Counted from the stretch's first letter, positions 1 to 9,570 are shown. The stretch: 64,000 nucleotides of DNA from an uncultured Opitutales bacterium (GCA_964593675.1 CAZQIE010000007.1:671-64670), one strand, 5' to 3'. The notes: generated from the letters alone by a model not told the origin. Numbers and translations are program-made.

Positions 1-210
1 GACCAGATTGGCAGGCGTGAGCCAGACCTGCCGGGGCGCGGGCGTACGGGAGGGGCAGGAGCCTGCCATCAGGGACCCGCGTCGGCCTGCGGCAGACTTC
101 CGCTGATTTGCGCGGGAAGGTGCGAGGCCCCGTTTGCACGGAACCGGGGGAAGGGCTTGATTGCCCGAAACCGAGCCGCAGGACAATGGGGTCCGGCGGC
201 TTCGCGAAAA

Positions 211-588
211 ATGGCCATAACCGAATCCTTGGAGATCACCTGCTTATCCGGAGCCACGGACGACAGCGAAGCACTGGCGGACATCCTGGCTGCGGCGGGT
301 GTCCCCTCCCGCGTGATCCCGCTCGATGCCGCCTTGAGCGCGAGCCGCCGGCCCGCAGAGGTTATCTTCGCCGTCATGGACGGCGTGACGGTGGAGAACC
401 TGCTGAAGTTACAGGGAGCCCGCCGGGCCGCGCCCCTGCGGTTTGTGGTCGCCGTGGCGCCGTCCCTTTCCGAGCGGCAGCGGCACGCGGCGGATATCGC
501 GGGAGCGAACGCGTTCCTCCTGATGCCCGTTCAACCGGAGACGGTCGCACGGGTGCTGGATGTGTTGCCGCTGCGTCGGGCGGCGTGA
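211..588 (+). CDS. Stand-alone receiver-like (REC-fold) protein, probably degenerate
   Basis: ORF 157..588. The in-frame ATG at 211 gives MAITESLEITCLSGATDDSE. The pattern TDD ... FAVMDG ... VVAVAPS ... ANAFLLMP resembles CheY-like receivers, but the conserved Lys position reads M. By-eye similarity only. Confidence 0.35.
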   Translation: MAITESLEITCLSGATDDSEALADILAAAGVPSRVIPLDAALSASRRPAEVIFAVMDGVTVENLLKLQGARRAAPLRFVVAVAPSLSERQRHAADIAGANAFLLMPVQPETVARVLDVLPLRRAA

Positions 589-602
589 TTGGACCAGCCC
601 GC

Positions 603-2147
603 TTAGGCCAGGCAGGCGAGGAAGCCGCGGGTCAGCGCGGCGCGGTCGAGGTCTTCGCCGATGAACACGACGGTGTTGCGGCGAGGCTCCGCTCCCCAGG
701 GGCGGTCGATATCGCCGCTGTAGAGCATGTGGACGCTCTGGAAAAGGTAGCGCTTGTCGAGGCCCTTGATGGCAAGGAAGCCCTTCATGCGGTAGAGCTT
801 GGAGCTCTGCTCAGCCAGGAGCTTCTCAAGCCACGTGTTCACCTTGTCGAGGTCCACGTCACCGTCCACTTGTAGTGAGAATGTGGAGACGCGGTCGTCG
901 TGCTTGTGCGTGTGCCGGAAGCGCGCGGTACGCGTGGGGCGCACGCGGTATTCGCCGCGGAAGAGGCCGCCGCCGTGAACGGTGGGATCGTGGTCGGCAA
1001 GGATGCCGTAGTACCCGGGCTTGTCGATTTCGAGGACAAACGCGTTCTTGTCCTCAGGCAGGCTTAGGGCGCGGAGTGACCCGGGCTTGAGGGCTTCGCC
1101 GGGGGCGGACTCCACGAGCGCGGTGGAAAACACGGCTTCGCCTTGGAGCATCGCCTGCTGCCAGGCTTTCTCGGAGTCGTTTTTCACGGGCACCACCGCA
1201 AGGCGGAACGCGTGGCCGCAGCAACCTTTACCGTGGCAGCACTCACCGTGCGCGTGGTCAGCGTCGCACCCGCCAGCAGGCCCGTGGTCAGGCCCGGAGT
1301 CCTTGCAGCAAGCCTCGTCCTTGCGTTCCCCGTGGCAGCAGCCTTGATGGTCGTGGCTGTCGCCGTGGCAGCAGCCTTCCTGGGCGTGCGCGTGGCCGCA
1401 GGCATGGTCGTGGTCGGCAGCCGCTGCCGCGATTTCCAGCCGGTAGGCGGATTTCTCAAGCTGGTAAAGGCCGGCCCACGTGAACGGGTGCTCGGGCGTA
1501 TTGAACTCGGGATCGAGCTCCAGGGCGCGCTCAAGCTGGAAGGCCTCGATCAAAAGGACGTCTTTTGCCGCGATCTCGGCGTTCTTTGTGCGGAAGATGC
1601 GGGCGTTGGCGTTGATGTCGCGCAGCCGACGTTCGATCCGGGTGGCTTCGGCAGGGGACACGAGGTCAACCTTGTTGAGCAACAGGACGTCCGCAAAACC
1701 GACCTGCTTCTGCGCCTGTTCGTTGTCGTGGAGGTGGCGCTCCAGGTTGACGGCGTCAACGAGGGTAACGATGCCGTCGAGCCGGTAATGTTGTTGCAGG
1801 GTCTCGTCGAGAAGGAAGCTTTGCGCGACGGGTGTGGGGTCCGCGAGCCCCGTCGTTTCGATGAGGATATAGTCGTAGCGCTGCCCCTTTTCCCGGAATT
1901 CCTGCAAGACGCGGATGAAGTCGCCGCGGACGGTGCAGCAGATGCAGCCGTTCAGGACTTGCTCCTCCGCCCCGACGACGAGCTGGTTGTCGATACCGAC
2001 TTCCCCAAACTCGTTCTCGATGACGGCGACGCGCTGCCCGGCCTGTTGTTTCAGCAGGTTGTTCAGGAGCGTGGTCTTTCCCGCACCGAGAAAACCGGTG
2101 AGCACGGTGACGGGTGTGCGCGAATCGGGGGTCTTCATGGGCGGCAA
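603..2147 (-). CDS. COG0523 (CobW/ZigA/YeiR-type) metallochaperone GTPase with Cys/His-rich insertion
   Basis: Walker [13 protein letters not shown], CxCC metal motif [15 protein letters not shown] and NKVD G-motifs. The C-terminal CobW_C-like segment reads [11 protein letters not shown]...VVFIGEDLD. At 514 aa it is longer than a typical family member. Confidence 0.9.
   Translation of the reverse strand: MPPMKTPDSRTPVTVLTGFLGAGKTTLLNNLLKQQAGQRVAVIENEFGEVGIDNQLVVGAEEQVLNGCICCTVRGDFIRVLQEFREKGQRYDYILIETTGLADPTPVAQSFLLDETLQQHYRLDGIVTLVDAVNLERHLHDNEQAQKQVGFADVLLLNKVDLVSPAEATRIERRLRDINANARIFRTKNAEIAAKDVLLIEAFQLERALELDPEFNTPEHPFTWAGLYQLEKSAYRLEIAAAAADHDHACGHAHAQEGCCHGDSHDHQGCCHGERKDEACCKDSGPDHGPAGGCDADHAHGECCHGKGCCGHAFRLAVVPVKNDSEKAWQQAMLQGEAVFSTALVESAPGEALKPGSLRALSLPEDKNAFVLEIDKPGYYGILADHDPTVHGGGLFRGEYRVRPTRTARFRHTHKHDDRVSTFSLQVDGDVDLDKVNTWLEKLLAEQSSKLYRMKGFLAIKGLDKRYLFQSVHMLYSGDIDRPWGAEPRRNTVVFIGEDLDRAALTRGFLACLA
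1212..1415 (-). other. Cys/His-rich low-complexity insertion (aa 245-312) inside the COG0523 gene
   Basis: The translated stretch is [68 protein letters not shown]. It contains five CC pairs, three of them in CCHG. Confidence 0.9.
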
Positions 2148-2183
2148 GTTAGCCGCGGGAAAACGGGAGCGCCAGCCCAGAGC

Positions 2184-2199
2184 GCGTCAAAAATGACGC
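2184..2199. promoter_or_regulatory. Perfect 16-bp palindrome GCGTCAAAAATGACGC, candidate operator upstream of the COG0523 gene
   Basis: Seen directly in the sequence. It lies 37-52 nt upstream of the start codon at 2147 and downstream of the fur terminator. The function is inferred. Confidence 0.35.
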
Positions 2200-2224
2200 C
2201 CGCCCACCTGATGCTTTAAGCGCA

Positions 2225-2270
2225 AAAAAAACCTGCCGCAAGGGTTGCTGTTATCCCTCAACGGCAGGGT
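2225..2270 (-). terminator. Rho-independent terminator after the Fur-family gene
   Basis: On the minus strand the stem CCTGCCG (2269-2263) pairs with CGGCAGG (2239-2233). It is followed by a run of 8 T (plus-strand A-run 2225-2232). Confidence 0.7.
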
Positions 2271-2324
2271 GAAAAAGGTTACTCAAAATCACCGGAGCCA
2301 CCAAGACGCCGCCCGCGCAGGCTT

Positions 2325-2750
2325 TCATTTACCTTTTACAATCTTACCATTCCGGCGCACCTTCGAGATGCGGGCAGCAGGGTTGATGACTTTGGGGGCA
2401 TGGGCGTCCCCGTATACGACGAGTTCCCAGCGACGGGGCACGAAGCCGTCCGGAAGCTGTGGGAGTTCGAAGCCGTCGGTCGGGATACAGAAGGCGCGAT
2501 CGCTCTTCTCGCACAGGAAGACGATGTTGTTGGTGGTCCGTGGGGGGCAGTATCTCGGCGGCTGGCCCGGAAGGGGAACTTCTTCAACCTCGCCCTGTTC
2601 CACCATCAGGCGAAGGTTCCTGTAGACGGTGGCTATGCCAAGCGAGGGTATCGATTTGCTAGCCAGTTGGAGGATCTCCTTGGGGTGAAGCGGTCGCCCA
2701 GCTGCGGCAAACGCATCGCGGATGGCCTGGCGTTGGCGGGTGTCTCGCAT
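2325..2750 (-). CDS. Fur-family transcriptional regulator, atypical (canonical metal ligands mostly absent)
   Basis: The N-terminal winged helix is Fur-like: RQRQAIRDAF...PLHPKEILQLA...LGIATVYRNLRLMVEQGEVEEV. The C-terminal half lacks the His cluster and both CxxC pairs (NNIVFLCEKSDRAFCI ... YGDAHAPKV). Confidence 0.7.
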   Translation of the reverse strand: MRDTRQRQAIRDAFAAAGRPLHPKEILQLASKSIPSLGIATVYRNLRLMVEQGEVEEVPLPGQPPRYCPPRTTNNIVFLCEKSDRAFCIPTDGFELPQLPDGFVPRRWELVVYGDAHAPKVINPAARISKVRRNGKIVKGK

Positions 2751-2864
2751 TGGGAAATGGGGGATAGGGGTGATAAGAACGGGACCTCGTTATCTTCCGC
2801 GCTTTGCTATTTCTATTTTCGTAAGATTGGGGATTGAGTCAACGTAAATCACTGTCAAAGAAAA

Positions 2865-2880
2865 TGATAGAGCTTTATCA
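2865..2880. promoter_or_regulatory. Fur-box-like inverted repeat TGATAGAGCTTTATCA
   Basis: TGATA-N6-TATCA sits in the AT-rich divergent intergenic region between the fur-like gene and the hydrolase gene. Its role is inferred. Confidence 0.3.
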
Positions 2881-2908
2881 AAAAGCCACAATTCCAGCGG
2901 AATTCTAA

Positions 2909-2931
2909 TTGATATAGCGGTATCATATCAA
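2909..2931. promoter_or_regulatory. Inverted repeat TTGATAT-N9-ATATCAA
   Basis: Seen in the sequence. A related ATATCATATC string recurs near 2977-2988. Confidence 0.3.
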
Positions 2932-3134
2932 TGAGGGCGCTCTCGTTACTTCAGGCGATTTGCAAAAACGAGCACTCAATATCATATCGCCGCTTTAACA
3001 ACCGGATTAATCCATCGTTATTCGGCGGGCGTCAAGGGGTGGAAATCAGATAGACGGGGGGGGGCTGGGCGGGCGTGGAGGGGGGACGGGACTTGACGTG
3101 CGGCGGGAATACCTGTCACTCCCGTGTGAGACGT

Positions 3135-4073
3135 ATGGAGGGGACCGGGAACACGAAAGAGGGGCGCAAAGGAGAGGCCTTGGACTGGCGCGCGCTGGAC
3201 GGGCTCAGGCTGGGGGGCCTGAGCTGGCAGCCCGCGGGACGGCCGCGGTTTGTGGTGATCTGCCTCCACGGGATGGGCGGCATGGCCGAGGATTTCGAGC
3301 CGCTGGGATGCCATTTGGCCTGCTTGGGCGGGGCCGTGTACGCGCCAAACCTGCGGGGGCAGGCCCGGGACCCGCGTCCGGGGAGGCGTGGGGATGTCGA
3401 GAGGGTGGAGCTTTTGTTTGAGGACGCCCTGGCCTTTGGCGGATGGGTGCGCGACAGGGCTGGGGATGTTCCGGTTTTCTGGGTGGGCGAGAGCATGGGG
3501 GCGCTTCTCCTGCTGAACCTAGCCGTGGAGCGTCCAGAGGGCGTGGCGGCGGCCGGGCACCTTTTCCTTTCACCCGTGGTTTGCGTGAGGCTCACGACGC
3601 CGCCGTGGCAGGAGTTTATTGCGCGAATCCTGATGCGGGCGGCCCCCTGGGTGCGCCTGCCGCGCCGTTTTTTTGTGGGAAGCCGCAAGAAAAAGGAGCC
3701 GCCGGGACATGTGTCGCGGGATGCCGCGTGGCAGGAGAAGGTGTCGAAGCCGCCGTACCGGGGCCCGGGCTACACGTTGCGGTTCTACAAAATGCTGGAG
3801 CGGCTGATTGCCGGGGCGGCCGTGGCGCCTGAGCGCCTGCGTGTGCCGTCGCTCCTGATGTACGCCGGGGATGATGTTTTCATCCGCCCGGAGCATTCGG
3901 TGGCGTGGTTCACGCGGATAACGTGCGAAAAGGCCAGCGCCTATTTCCCGCAGTCCTACCACATGCTCCTGCACGATCCCGATACCCCGCGGGCCCTGGA
4001 GGAAATCCGGGGCTTCATCGAGGCACGGCTGCGGGCCCCCGGGAACGATATCACGGGAACAAGCCGCGGCTGA
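3135..4073 (+). CDS. Alpha/beta hydrolase (lysophospholipase / monoacylglycerol-lipase-like)
   Basis: ORF 3075..4073. Oxyanion region VVICLHGMGG, nucleophile elbow GESMG, C-terminal HMLLHD. The start is uncertain (GTG 3075 or ATG 3135). Confidence 0.7.
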   Translation: MEGTGNTKEGRKGEALDWRALDGLRLGGLSWQPAGRPRFVVICLHGMGGMAEDFEPLGCHLACLGGAVYAPNLRGQARDPRPGRRGDVERVELLFEDALAFGGWVRDRAGDVPVFWVGESMGALLLLNLAVERPEGVAAAGHLFLSPVVCVRLTTPPWQEFIARILMRAAPWVRLPRRFFVGSRKKKEPPGHVSRDAAWQEKVSKPPYRGPGYTLRFYKMLERLIAGAAVAPERLRVPSLLMYAGDDVFIRPEHSVAWFTRITCEKASAYFPQSYHMLLHDPDTPRALEEIRGFIEARLRAPGNDITGTSRG

Positions 4074-5304
4074 TTTTGGCTTCGGCGACGCGGGAGATGC
4101 CGATGCGCAGGGCGGCGGAACGGTGGCTGATGCGGCGCTCCGCGGCTTCCTTGAGGACCAGGTTCAGGGAGTATTCGAGGAGGCGGTAGAGACGGTCAAA
4201 GACCTCGACTTCGCTCCAGAAGAAGTTCTGGAGATCCTGCACCCACTCGAAATAGCTCACCACCACGCCCCCGGCGTTGCAGAGGATGTCGGGTATGAGG
4301 AAAACGCCGCGGCTTTCGAGAATCGCGTCGGCCTCGGGCGTCGTGGGGCCGTTGGCGCCTTCGGCAAGGACGCGGCACTTGAGGCGTGGTGCGTTTTCCT
4401 GCGTGATCACGCGTTCCAGCGCGGCGGGGATGAGGATGTCACAGTCCTGTTCCAGGAGCGCCGCGTTTGGCATCCCCTGCCCTTCCGGAAAGCCGCTCAC
4501 CGAGCCTGTGCGCCGGAGGTGCTCCTGAAGCTTTTGCAGATCCAGCCCGTTCTCATTATAAATGCCGCCGATGACGTCGGACACGCCCACGATGCGGGCG
4601 CCGTGGCGGGCAAGCCCCAGGGCGGCGTAGCTGCCGACGTTGCCGAAGCCTTGGACAATGACGCGGGAATTGGTGGGCATTTTCAGGCGGTCCATCACGC
4701 GCGAGACAAGGAACGCGACGCCGCGTCCCGTGGCCTCACGACGGCCTGCTGAGCCCCCGAGGTGCAGGGGTTTCCCGGTGACGATGCCCGGCACGCTGTA
4801 GCCGGCGTGGTTTGAGTAGGTGTCCATCATCCAGGCCATGACCTGCTCGTTTGTGCCAAGGTCCGGCGCCATGACGTCCACCTGCTGCCCGATGAACGGG
4901 ATCATCTCACTCGTGTAGCGCCGGGTAACGCCTTCGAGTTCGCGCAGGCTCAAACGGCGCGGGTCGCAGGCGACGCCGCCTTTGGCGCCGCCGTAAGGCA
5001 GGCCCACGAGGGCGCATTTCCAGCTCATCCACATCGCCAGCGCCGCGACTTCGCCAATCGCAACGTCCGGAGAATAGCGCAGGCCGCCCTTGGTGGGCCC
5101 GAGGGTAAGGTGGTGCTGTACGCGGTGGCCCGTAAACACGCGGACGGCGCCGTCGTCCATCCGCACAGGCACCGAGACGGTGATCAGCCGCTTGGGCCAC
5201 TTCACGCGCTCGCGCACCTGAGGGTCCATTCCCATCATGTCGGCAACGGCGTCAAATTGCTGGCACGCCATCCTGAACACGGGATCCGTCAGAAGGTGTT
5301 CCAT
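4051..5304 (-). CDS. gdh: NAD(P)-dependent glutamate dehydrogenase (Glu/Leu/Phe/Val dehydrogenase family)
   Basis: KGGLRY, catalytic GGAKGG, dinucleotide fold GFGNVGS, 417 aa. The 3' end overlaps the convergent hydrolase gene by 23 nt. Confidence 0.9.
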   Translation of the reverse strand: MEHLLTDPVFRMACQQFDAVADMMGMDPQVRERVKWPKRLITVSVPVRMDDGAVRVFTGHRVQHHLTLGPTKGGLRYSPDVAIGEVAALAMWMSWKCALVGLPYGGAKGGVACDPRRLSLRELEGVTRRYTSEMIPFIGQQVDVMAPDLGTNEQVMAWMMDTYSNHAGYSVPGIVTGKPLHLGGSAGRREATGRGVAFLVSRVMDRLKMPTNSRVIVQGFGNVGSYAALGLARHGARIVGVSDVIGGIYNENGLDLQKLQEHLRRTGSVSGFPEGQGMPNAALLEQDCDILIPAALERVITQENAPRLKCRVLAEGANGPTTPEADAILESRGVFLIPDILCNAGGVVVSYFEWVQDLQNFFWSEVEVFDRLYRLLEYSLNLVLKEAAERRISHRSAALRIGISRVAEAKISRGLFP

Positions 5305-5585
5305 GGGAGACCTCGGGGAAAAAGAGGGAGGAACGAAGGCGCGCCTGCCTGGGTGGAAGGGTGCGGTGAACGCGCTCAGCCAGCATGACCCGAATCTGGC
5401 GCGGGAGCAAGCCCAAGAAACCCTCCAGTACCGAAGACAAGGATAATGTGACAGCGGTTGCAGCGCCGTTGCGGTTTTTGGTGGTCTTTTTACGCAATGT
5501 CCTCACAATGAACACGGTCTGTCTGGCACCAAAAAAGACTGTACCCCCTTGAACTTGAGAACCAGCGGTCGAAAGAATCCTGTAC

Positions 5586-6440
5586 ATGCAGCTCTGGCCT
5601 GACAATACCCCTCCCCCGGTCGTCCACACCGGCCCAATGATATCCGAGAAGGAGTACGAGTTCATCCGGCAACTCGTCTACCAGCACAGCCGGATAAACC
5701 TTGGGCCGAACAAGAAAGAGTTGGTGATGGCGCGTCTTTCGAAGCGCCTGCGCGCCTGCAATCTTCCCTCGTTCAAAGCCTATTGCGACTACCTGCAGAG
5801 CCCGTCGGGCGAAGAGGAGCTGGGCAACCTGATTGACGCGATTTCCACGAACCACACGTTCTTTTTCCGCGAGAACGTGCATTTTGAGTTCCTCGTCAAC
5901 ACGGTCCTGCCCGAGCTCGCAAAGACCTCGCAGCAGTTCCGGGTCTGGAGTGCGGCGTCCTCCTCCGGCGAGGAGCCCTACTCGATCGCCATCAGCCTTG
6001 CGGAAAGCCTGGGCCTGAACAACCGGTGGCACGTTGAGTGCTCGGACATTTCGTCGAAGGTCCTTCAGAAGGCCTCGGACGGGATATTCGCGGAGGACCG
6101 GGTGTCAAAAATGCCGCAAAACCTCCTGAAAACGTATTTTCAAAAGGGGCAAGGCCGGTGGGAAGGCTACTACCGGGTGAAACCACAGCTGCGGCAGAAC
6201 CTGACTTTCCAGCTCCTGAACCTGATGGACCCATCGTTCCCGTTCCGGGAGCCGTTCCAGGTCATCTTCTGCCGGAACGTGATGATCTACTTTGACCGCC
6301 CGACCCAAGAGGATCTCGTTAACCGGTTGGCGCGGTATATCGTGCCCGGCGGGTATCTGATGATCGGGCATGCTGAAAGTTTGACGGGCATTAAGCACCC
6401 CCTCAAGATGATCAAGCCCGCCATTTACAAGAAACCCTGA
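5586..6440 (+). CDS. cheR: Chemotaxis protein methyltransferase CheR
   Basis: N-terminal helical domain EKEYEFIRQLVYQHSRINL, SAM-binding motif VWSAASSSGEEPYSIA, and IFCRNVMIYF. The start may be ATG 5637. Confidence 0.9.
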   Translation: MQLWPDNTPPPVVHTGPMISEKEYEFIRQLVYQHSRINLGPNKKELVMARLSKRLRACNLPSFKAYCDYLQSPSGEEELGNLIDAISTNHTFFFRENVHFEFLVNTVLPELAKTSQQFRVWSAASSSGEEPYSIAISLAESLGLNNRWHVECSDISSKVLQKASDGIFAEDRVSKMPQNLLKTYFQKGQGRWEGYYRVKPQLRQNLTFQLLNLMDPSFPFREPFQVIFCRNVMIYFDRPTQEDLVNRLARYIVPGGYLMIGHAESLTGIKHPLKMIKPAIYKKP

Positions 6441-6460
6441 TTCCCGCGCACCGCGCCGCA

Positions 6461-7630
6461 ATGCTGCCGGAAAAGAAGAAGACACGCGTGCTGATCGTCG
6501 ACGACTCCGCTGTCGTCCGGCAGATGGTCACCCGCATTCTCAACGACGATCCCGACCTTGAAGTGGTCGGCTCCGCGCCTGACCCGTATTTTGCCCGGGA
6601 CAAGATCCTGGAACTCAAGCCGGACGTCCTGACGCTGGACATTGAAATGCCGCGCATGGACGGGCTGACGTTCCTGAAGATCCTGATGGAGCACCACCCG
6701 ATCCCGGTGGTGGTAATGAGTTCTCTTTCGCAGGCGGGGTCCGAAGTGGCGATGGAGGCCCTGGGGCTCGGCGCGGTCGACGTGCTGGGCAAGCCGGACG
6801 GCTCGTTCTCGGTTGGCGACCTTGGTCCCCAGCTCGTGCAGAAAGTGAAGGCGGCGGCGCTTTCCAGGAGGCTTCCGCGGAAACCGGCGAGCACGCCTGC
6901 GGCGCCGAACAAAAAGGGCGCGACGCCGACGGGCAAAGTCACCCCGGTGCCCACACGCCCTGGAACCTCGATCGTCTCCCCGTTGAGACCTGCGGCGCCC
7001 GTGACCCACGACGACGAACCTCCCCACAAGTACCACCCGCGTCAGATCGTGCTGCTTGGCGCGAGCACGGGCGGGACGGAGGCGTTGAAGGACGTCTTGA
7101 CGGCGCTGCCCGCGGATATGCCGGGCATTTGCGTCGTCCAGCACATCCCCGCGTATTTTTCGGGCGCCTTCGCACGCCGGCTTGATTCCCTTTGCGCGCT
7201 GCGCGTGAAAGAGGCCGTGGACGGGGACAAGGTGGAGCCGGGGCTTGTGCTCGTTGCGCCGGGCAACTTTCACATGGTGCTTTCGTGGACGGGTGGAGCG
7301 TACCGGGTCTCGCTCAAGCAGGGGCCTATGGTGTGGCACCAGCGTCCCGCGGTGGACGTGCTGTTCAAGTCGGCGGCGGATCTGGCAAAAGGCTTCGCCG
7401 TCGGCGCGGTGATGACAGGGATGGGCAAGGATGGCGCGGAAGGGCTCCTGATGCTTAAGCAGCGCGGCGCGCGGACTTTTGCGCAGTCTGAAGAAACGTG
7501 CGTGGTTTACGGCATGCCCAAAGCGTGCTTTGAACTGGGCGCAGCGGAACGGATGGTCCCCCTTCCGCGGATGGCTGACGCCGTCCTGCAGGCCGTCCGG
7601 CAAATCGAGACGTCCCCCCCCGCCCCATGA
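6461..7630 (+). CDS. cheB: Chemotaxis response regulator protein-glutamate methylesterase CheB
   Basis: REC domain (VLIVDDS ... LTLDIEMPRMDG), a Pro/Ala-rich linker, and the esterase triad context GASTGG / VQHIP / MTGMGKDGA. Confidence 0.9.
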   Translation: MLPEKKKTRVLIVDDSAVVRQMVTRILNDDPDLEVVGSAPDPYFARDKILELKPDVLTLDIEMPRMDGLTFLKILMEHHPIPVVVMSSLSQAGSEVAMEALGLGAVDVLGKPDGSFSVGDLGPQLVQKVKAAALSRRLPRKPASTPAAPNKKGATPTGKVTPVPTRPGTSIVSPLRPAAPVTHDDEPPHKYHPRQIVLLGASTGGTEALKDVLTALPADMPGICVVQHIPAYFSGAFARRLDSLCALRVKEAVDGDKVEPGLVLVAPGNFHMVLSWTGGAYRVSLKQGPMVWHQRPAVDVLFKSAADLAKGFAVGAVMTGMGKDGAEGLLMLKQRGARTFAQSEETCVVYGMPKACFELGAAERMVPLPRMADAVLQAVRQIETSPPAP

Positions 7631-9570
7631 AACCGGAAGTCTCGTTGATCCCCCAGTTCAAGACCTGCCAGTTCGTGCTCGACGCGGCAGGGCTGATCCT
7701 ACAGGCGGACCCGGATGCGGCGGACCGCATCGGCTACCCACACCGGGACATCTGCGGGCGCGCGTTCCGGGACGTGCTCGTGGGCATCAACGCAGGCTGG
7801 GCCGACCTTGTTCCGGCGGACTGGGCAAACAGCCCGGAACCGACCTTCCTGCCGTGGATCGAGGGCGACAAGGCGGCTCCGACGGGCCTGTGCCTCCACC
7901 ACATGACGCGTGGGGAGCTCGTGTATGCGACGCTTACGCCCTCGCTGGCTCCCTTCCGCGAGCTGCAAAAGTCGTCGCTGATGGACTTTCCGGCGCACCC
8001 GGAAGGGATGGCGCAGATGGCGCTCCGGCTAATTACGGCGGAAAGCCGGCTTGAGAACTACATGCACCACTTCCCGGGCGTGTTTTTCGGCCAGCGTCCG
8101 GACCTTTCCTTCTCCTTCATTGGTCCCGGTTTTCAGGAAAAATTTGGCCAGCCCTCGCAGAGCCTGCTGCGCAGCGGAGCGGCGTTCCTTGGCCTGCTTT
8201 TCGACAAGGACTGCGATTTCTTCCTGCAGGAACTGGAGAAGAATTCGAAAGAGAAGAAGACCTTCAACCTGACCTACCGCGTCAAGCACCCCATTGACGG
8301 CACGTTCGTGTACCTGCTCGACGTGCGCACGCCCCTCTTCAGCCCGACGGGCCTGCTGCTCGGCTACGAAGGCGTGTGGCTGGACATCACGCGCCAGTCC
8401 ATCGCCGAGGCCCGCCTCACCTCCTCCGCGTGGAAGGAGAGCCTCGCGACGATTACCTCGGGGCTGGTTCACGACTTTTCGAACATCATGGCGGGCATCT
8501 ACTCGTTGTCGGAACTGTATTACGACACGATGGACCCGAACAACTCCATGTATGCGGGCATGGGGCAGATCAAAAAGAGCTCCATGCAGGCGCAGAAGCT
8601 CGTGCGCCGCATCATAGACCTGAACCGCGACCTCGCCGGCCAGCGCAATTACCACAACATCGAGACGCTGATCAAAGACCAGATGGACCTGGTGCGGATC
8701 GTGTTCCCCAAGAGCACGAAGATCGAAACCACGTTCACGGAAGAGGACCTGCCCGTGTACCTCGACGACGTGGCGTTCCGCCAGATGTTGCTGAACCTGT
8801 GCATCAACTCGCGCGACGCCATGAACAAGACGGGCGAAATCTCCATCAGCGTCCGCCATGTGCGGCCCGGGGACGTCGTGCTGGAGAAGGCGCATGTGGG
8901 GACGCTGTGCGTGGAGCGCGAAGGCGTGGAGATCCATTTCAGCGACACGGGCTCCGGTATTGACGAGAAACACCTGACGAAGATTTTCGACCCGTTCTTC
9001 ACGACCAAGGAGGCCACCAAAGGCTCCGGGTTTGGCCTGTACAACGCCCGCCTGTTTGTTGAGAACAACAAGGGCCGCATCGGTGTGCATTCCGTGAAAG
9101 GCCAAGGCACCACGTTCTTCATCTACCTGCCCCTGGCCGATTTCACCGAAATGGCGGAAGCGGAGGAGCCGCAGACCCCCGCAAAAACGTCCGATCACCG
9201 GCGCCCGTCATTCCTGGTCTATGCGGCGCAGGACCCCGAGAATTTCGACCTCGTGCAACAGCTCCGGGAGCAGGAGTGGGAGGTTATCACGTTCGACCAG
9301 CTCACCCACGTGAAGAAGTACCTGCAAACGGCCGAAATGCTCCCACACATCGTGTTGGCGCTCGACGTTGGTCAGGATGCCTCGGTGGAGCCGCTGCTCG
9401 ACCACATTCACCGGGATTACTCGGGCATGAAAATCGTGCTGCGCGAGCTTTCCCGCCCCCTGGATCAGTTGCCTTCCCTAACCCGGAATAAGGTTGATCT
9501 TCTGCTCGACGAGAGCACGATGGACAGGGAGGTCGTAAAACAACTTGGGCAGTTGATTTCCAAGCTCTAA
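7627..9570 (+). CDS. Cytoplasmic PAS-containing sensor histidine kinase with C-terminal receiver-like domain
   Basis: The start ATG overlaps the cheB stop (ATGA at 7627-7630). H-box GLVHDFSNIMAGI, HATPase motifs DTGSGID and GSGFGLY. No obvious TM segment. The C-terminal 140 aa are REC-like (HIVLALDVG). Confidence 0.85.
   Translation: MKPEVSLIPQFKTCQFVLDAAGLILQADPDAADRIGYPHRDICGRAFRDVLVGINAGWADLVPADWANSPEPTFLPWIEGDKAAPTGLCLHHMTRGELVYATLTPSLAPFRELQKSSLMDFPAHPEGMAQMALRLITAESRLENYMHHFPGVFFGQRPDLSFSFIGPGFQEKFGQPSQSLLRSGAAFLGLLFDKDCDFFLQELEKNSKEKKTFNLTYRVKHPIDGTFVYLLDVRTPLFSPTGLLLGYEGVWLDITRQSIAEARLTSSAWKESLATITSGLVHDFSNIMAGIYSLSELYYDTMDPNNSMYAGMGQIKKSSMQAQKLVRRIIDLNRDLAGQRNYHNIETLIKDQMDLVRIVFPKSTKIETTFTEEDLPVYLDDVAFRQMLLNLCINSRDAMNKTGEISISVRHVRPGDVVLEKAHVGTLCVEREGVEIHFSDTGSGIDEKHLTKIFDPFFTTKEATKGSGFGLYNARLFVENNKGRIGVHSVKGQGTTFFIYLPLADFTEMAEAEEPQTPAKTSDHRRPSFLVYAAQDPENFDLVQQLREQEWEVITFDQLTHVKKYLQTAEMLPHIVLALDVGQDASVEPLLDHIHRDYSGMKIVLRELSRPLDQLPSLTRNKVDLLLDESTMDREVVKQLGQLISKL

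Noticed and set aside
10-67. Two GGCAGG...CCTGCC inverted repeats at the left edge of the window as terminators.
   Set aside because: The upstream gene is outside the window. One repeat has only a 2-nt loop and neither has a T-tract, so neither can be interpreted.
108-875. The 255-aa plus-strand ORF spanning the REC-like gene and the 3' end of the COG0523 gene.
   Set aside because: It is out of frame with the plausible REC-like ORF and antisense to a well-supported COG0523 gene. Its translation is Arg/Gly-rich and featureless.
2760-3010. The AT-rich island as a remnant of a mobile element or integration site.
   Set aside because: It is only about 250 bp. It has no flanking direct repeats or tRNA and no integrase or transposase. 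Its position between divergent genes fits a promoter/operator region.
4051-4073. The 23-nt 3'-end overlap of the convergent hydrolase and gdh genes as a regulatory antisense arrangement.
   Set aside because: Short convergent overlaps are common in compact GC-rich genomes. No additional structure supports a specific function.
5468-5480. GTTGCGGTTTTTG upstream of cheR as a twelfth copy of the glycan-locus box.
   Set aside because: It shares only the CGGTTT core, lacks the AAC, and lies upstream of an unrelated operon. This is too weak to include.
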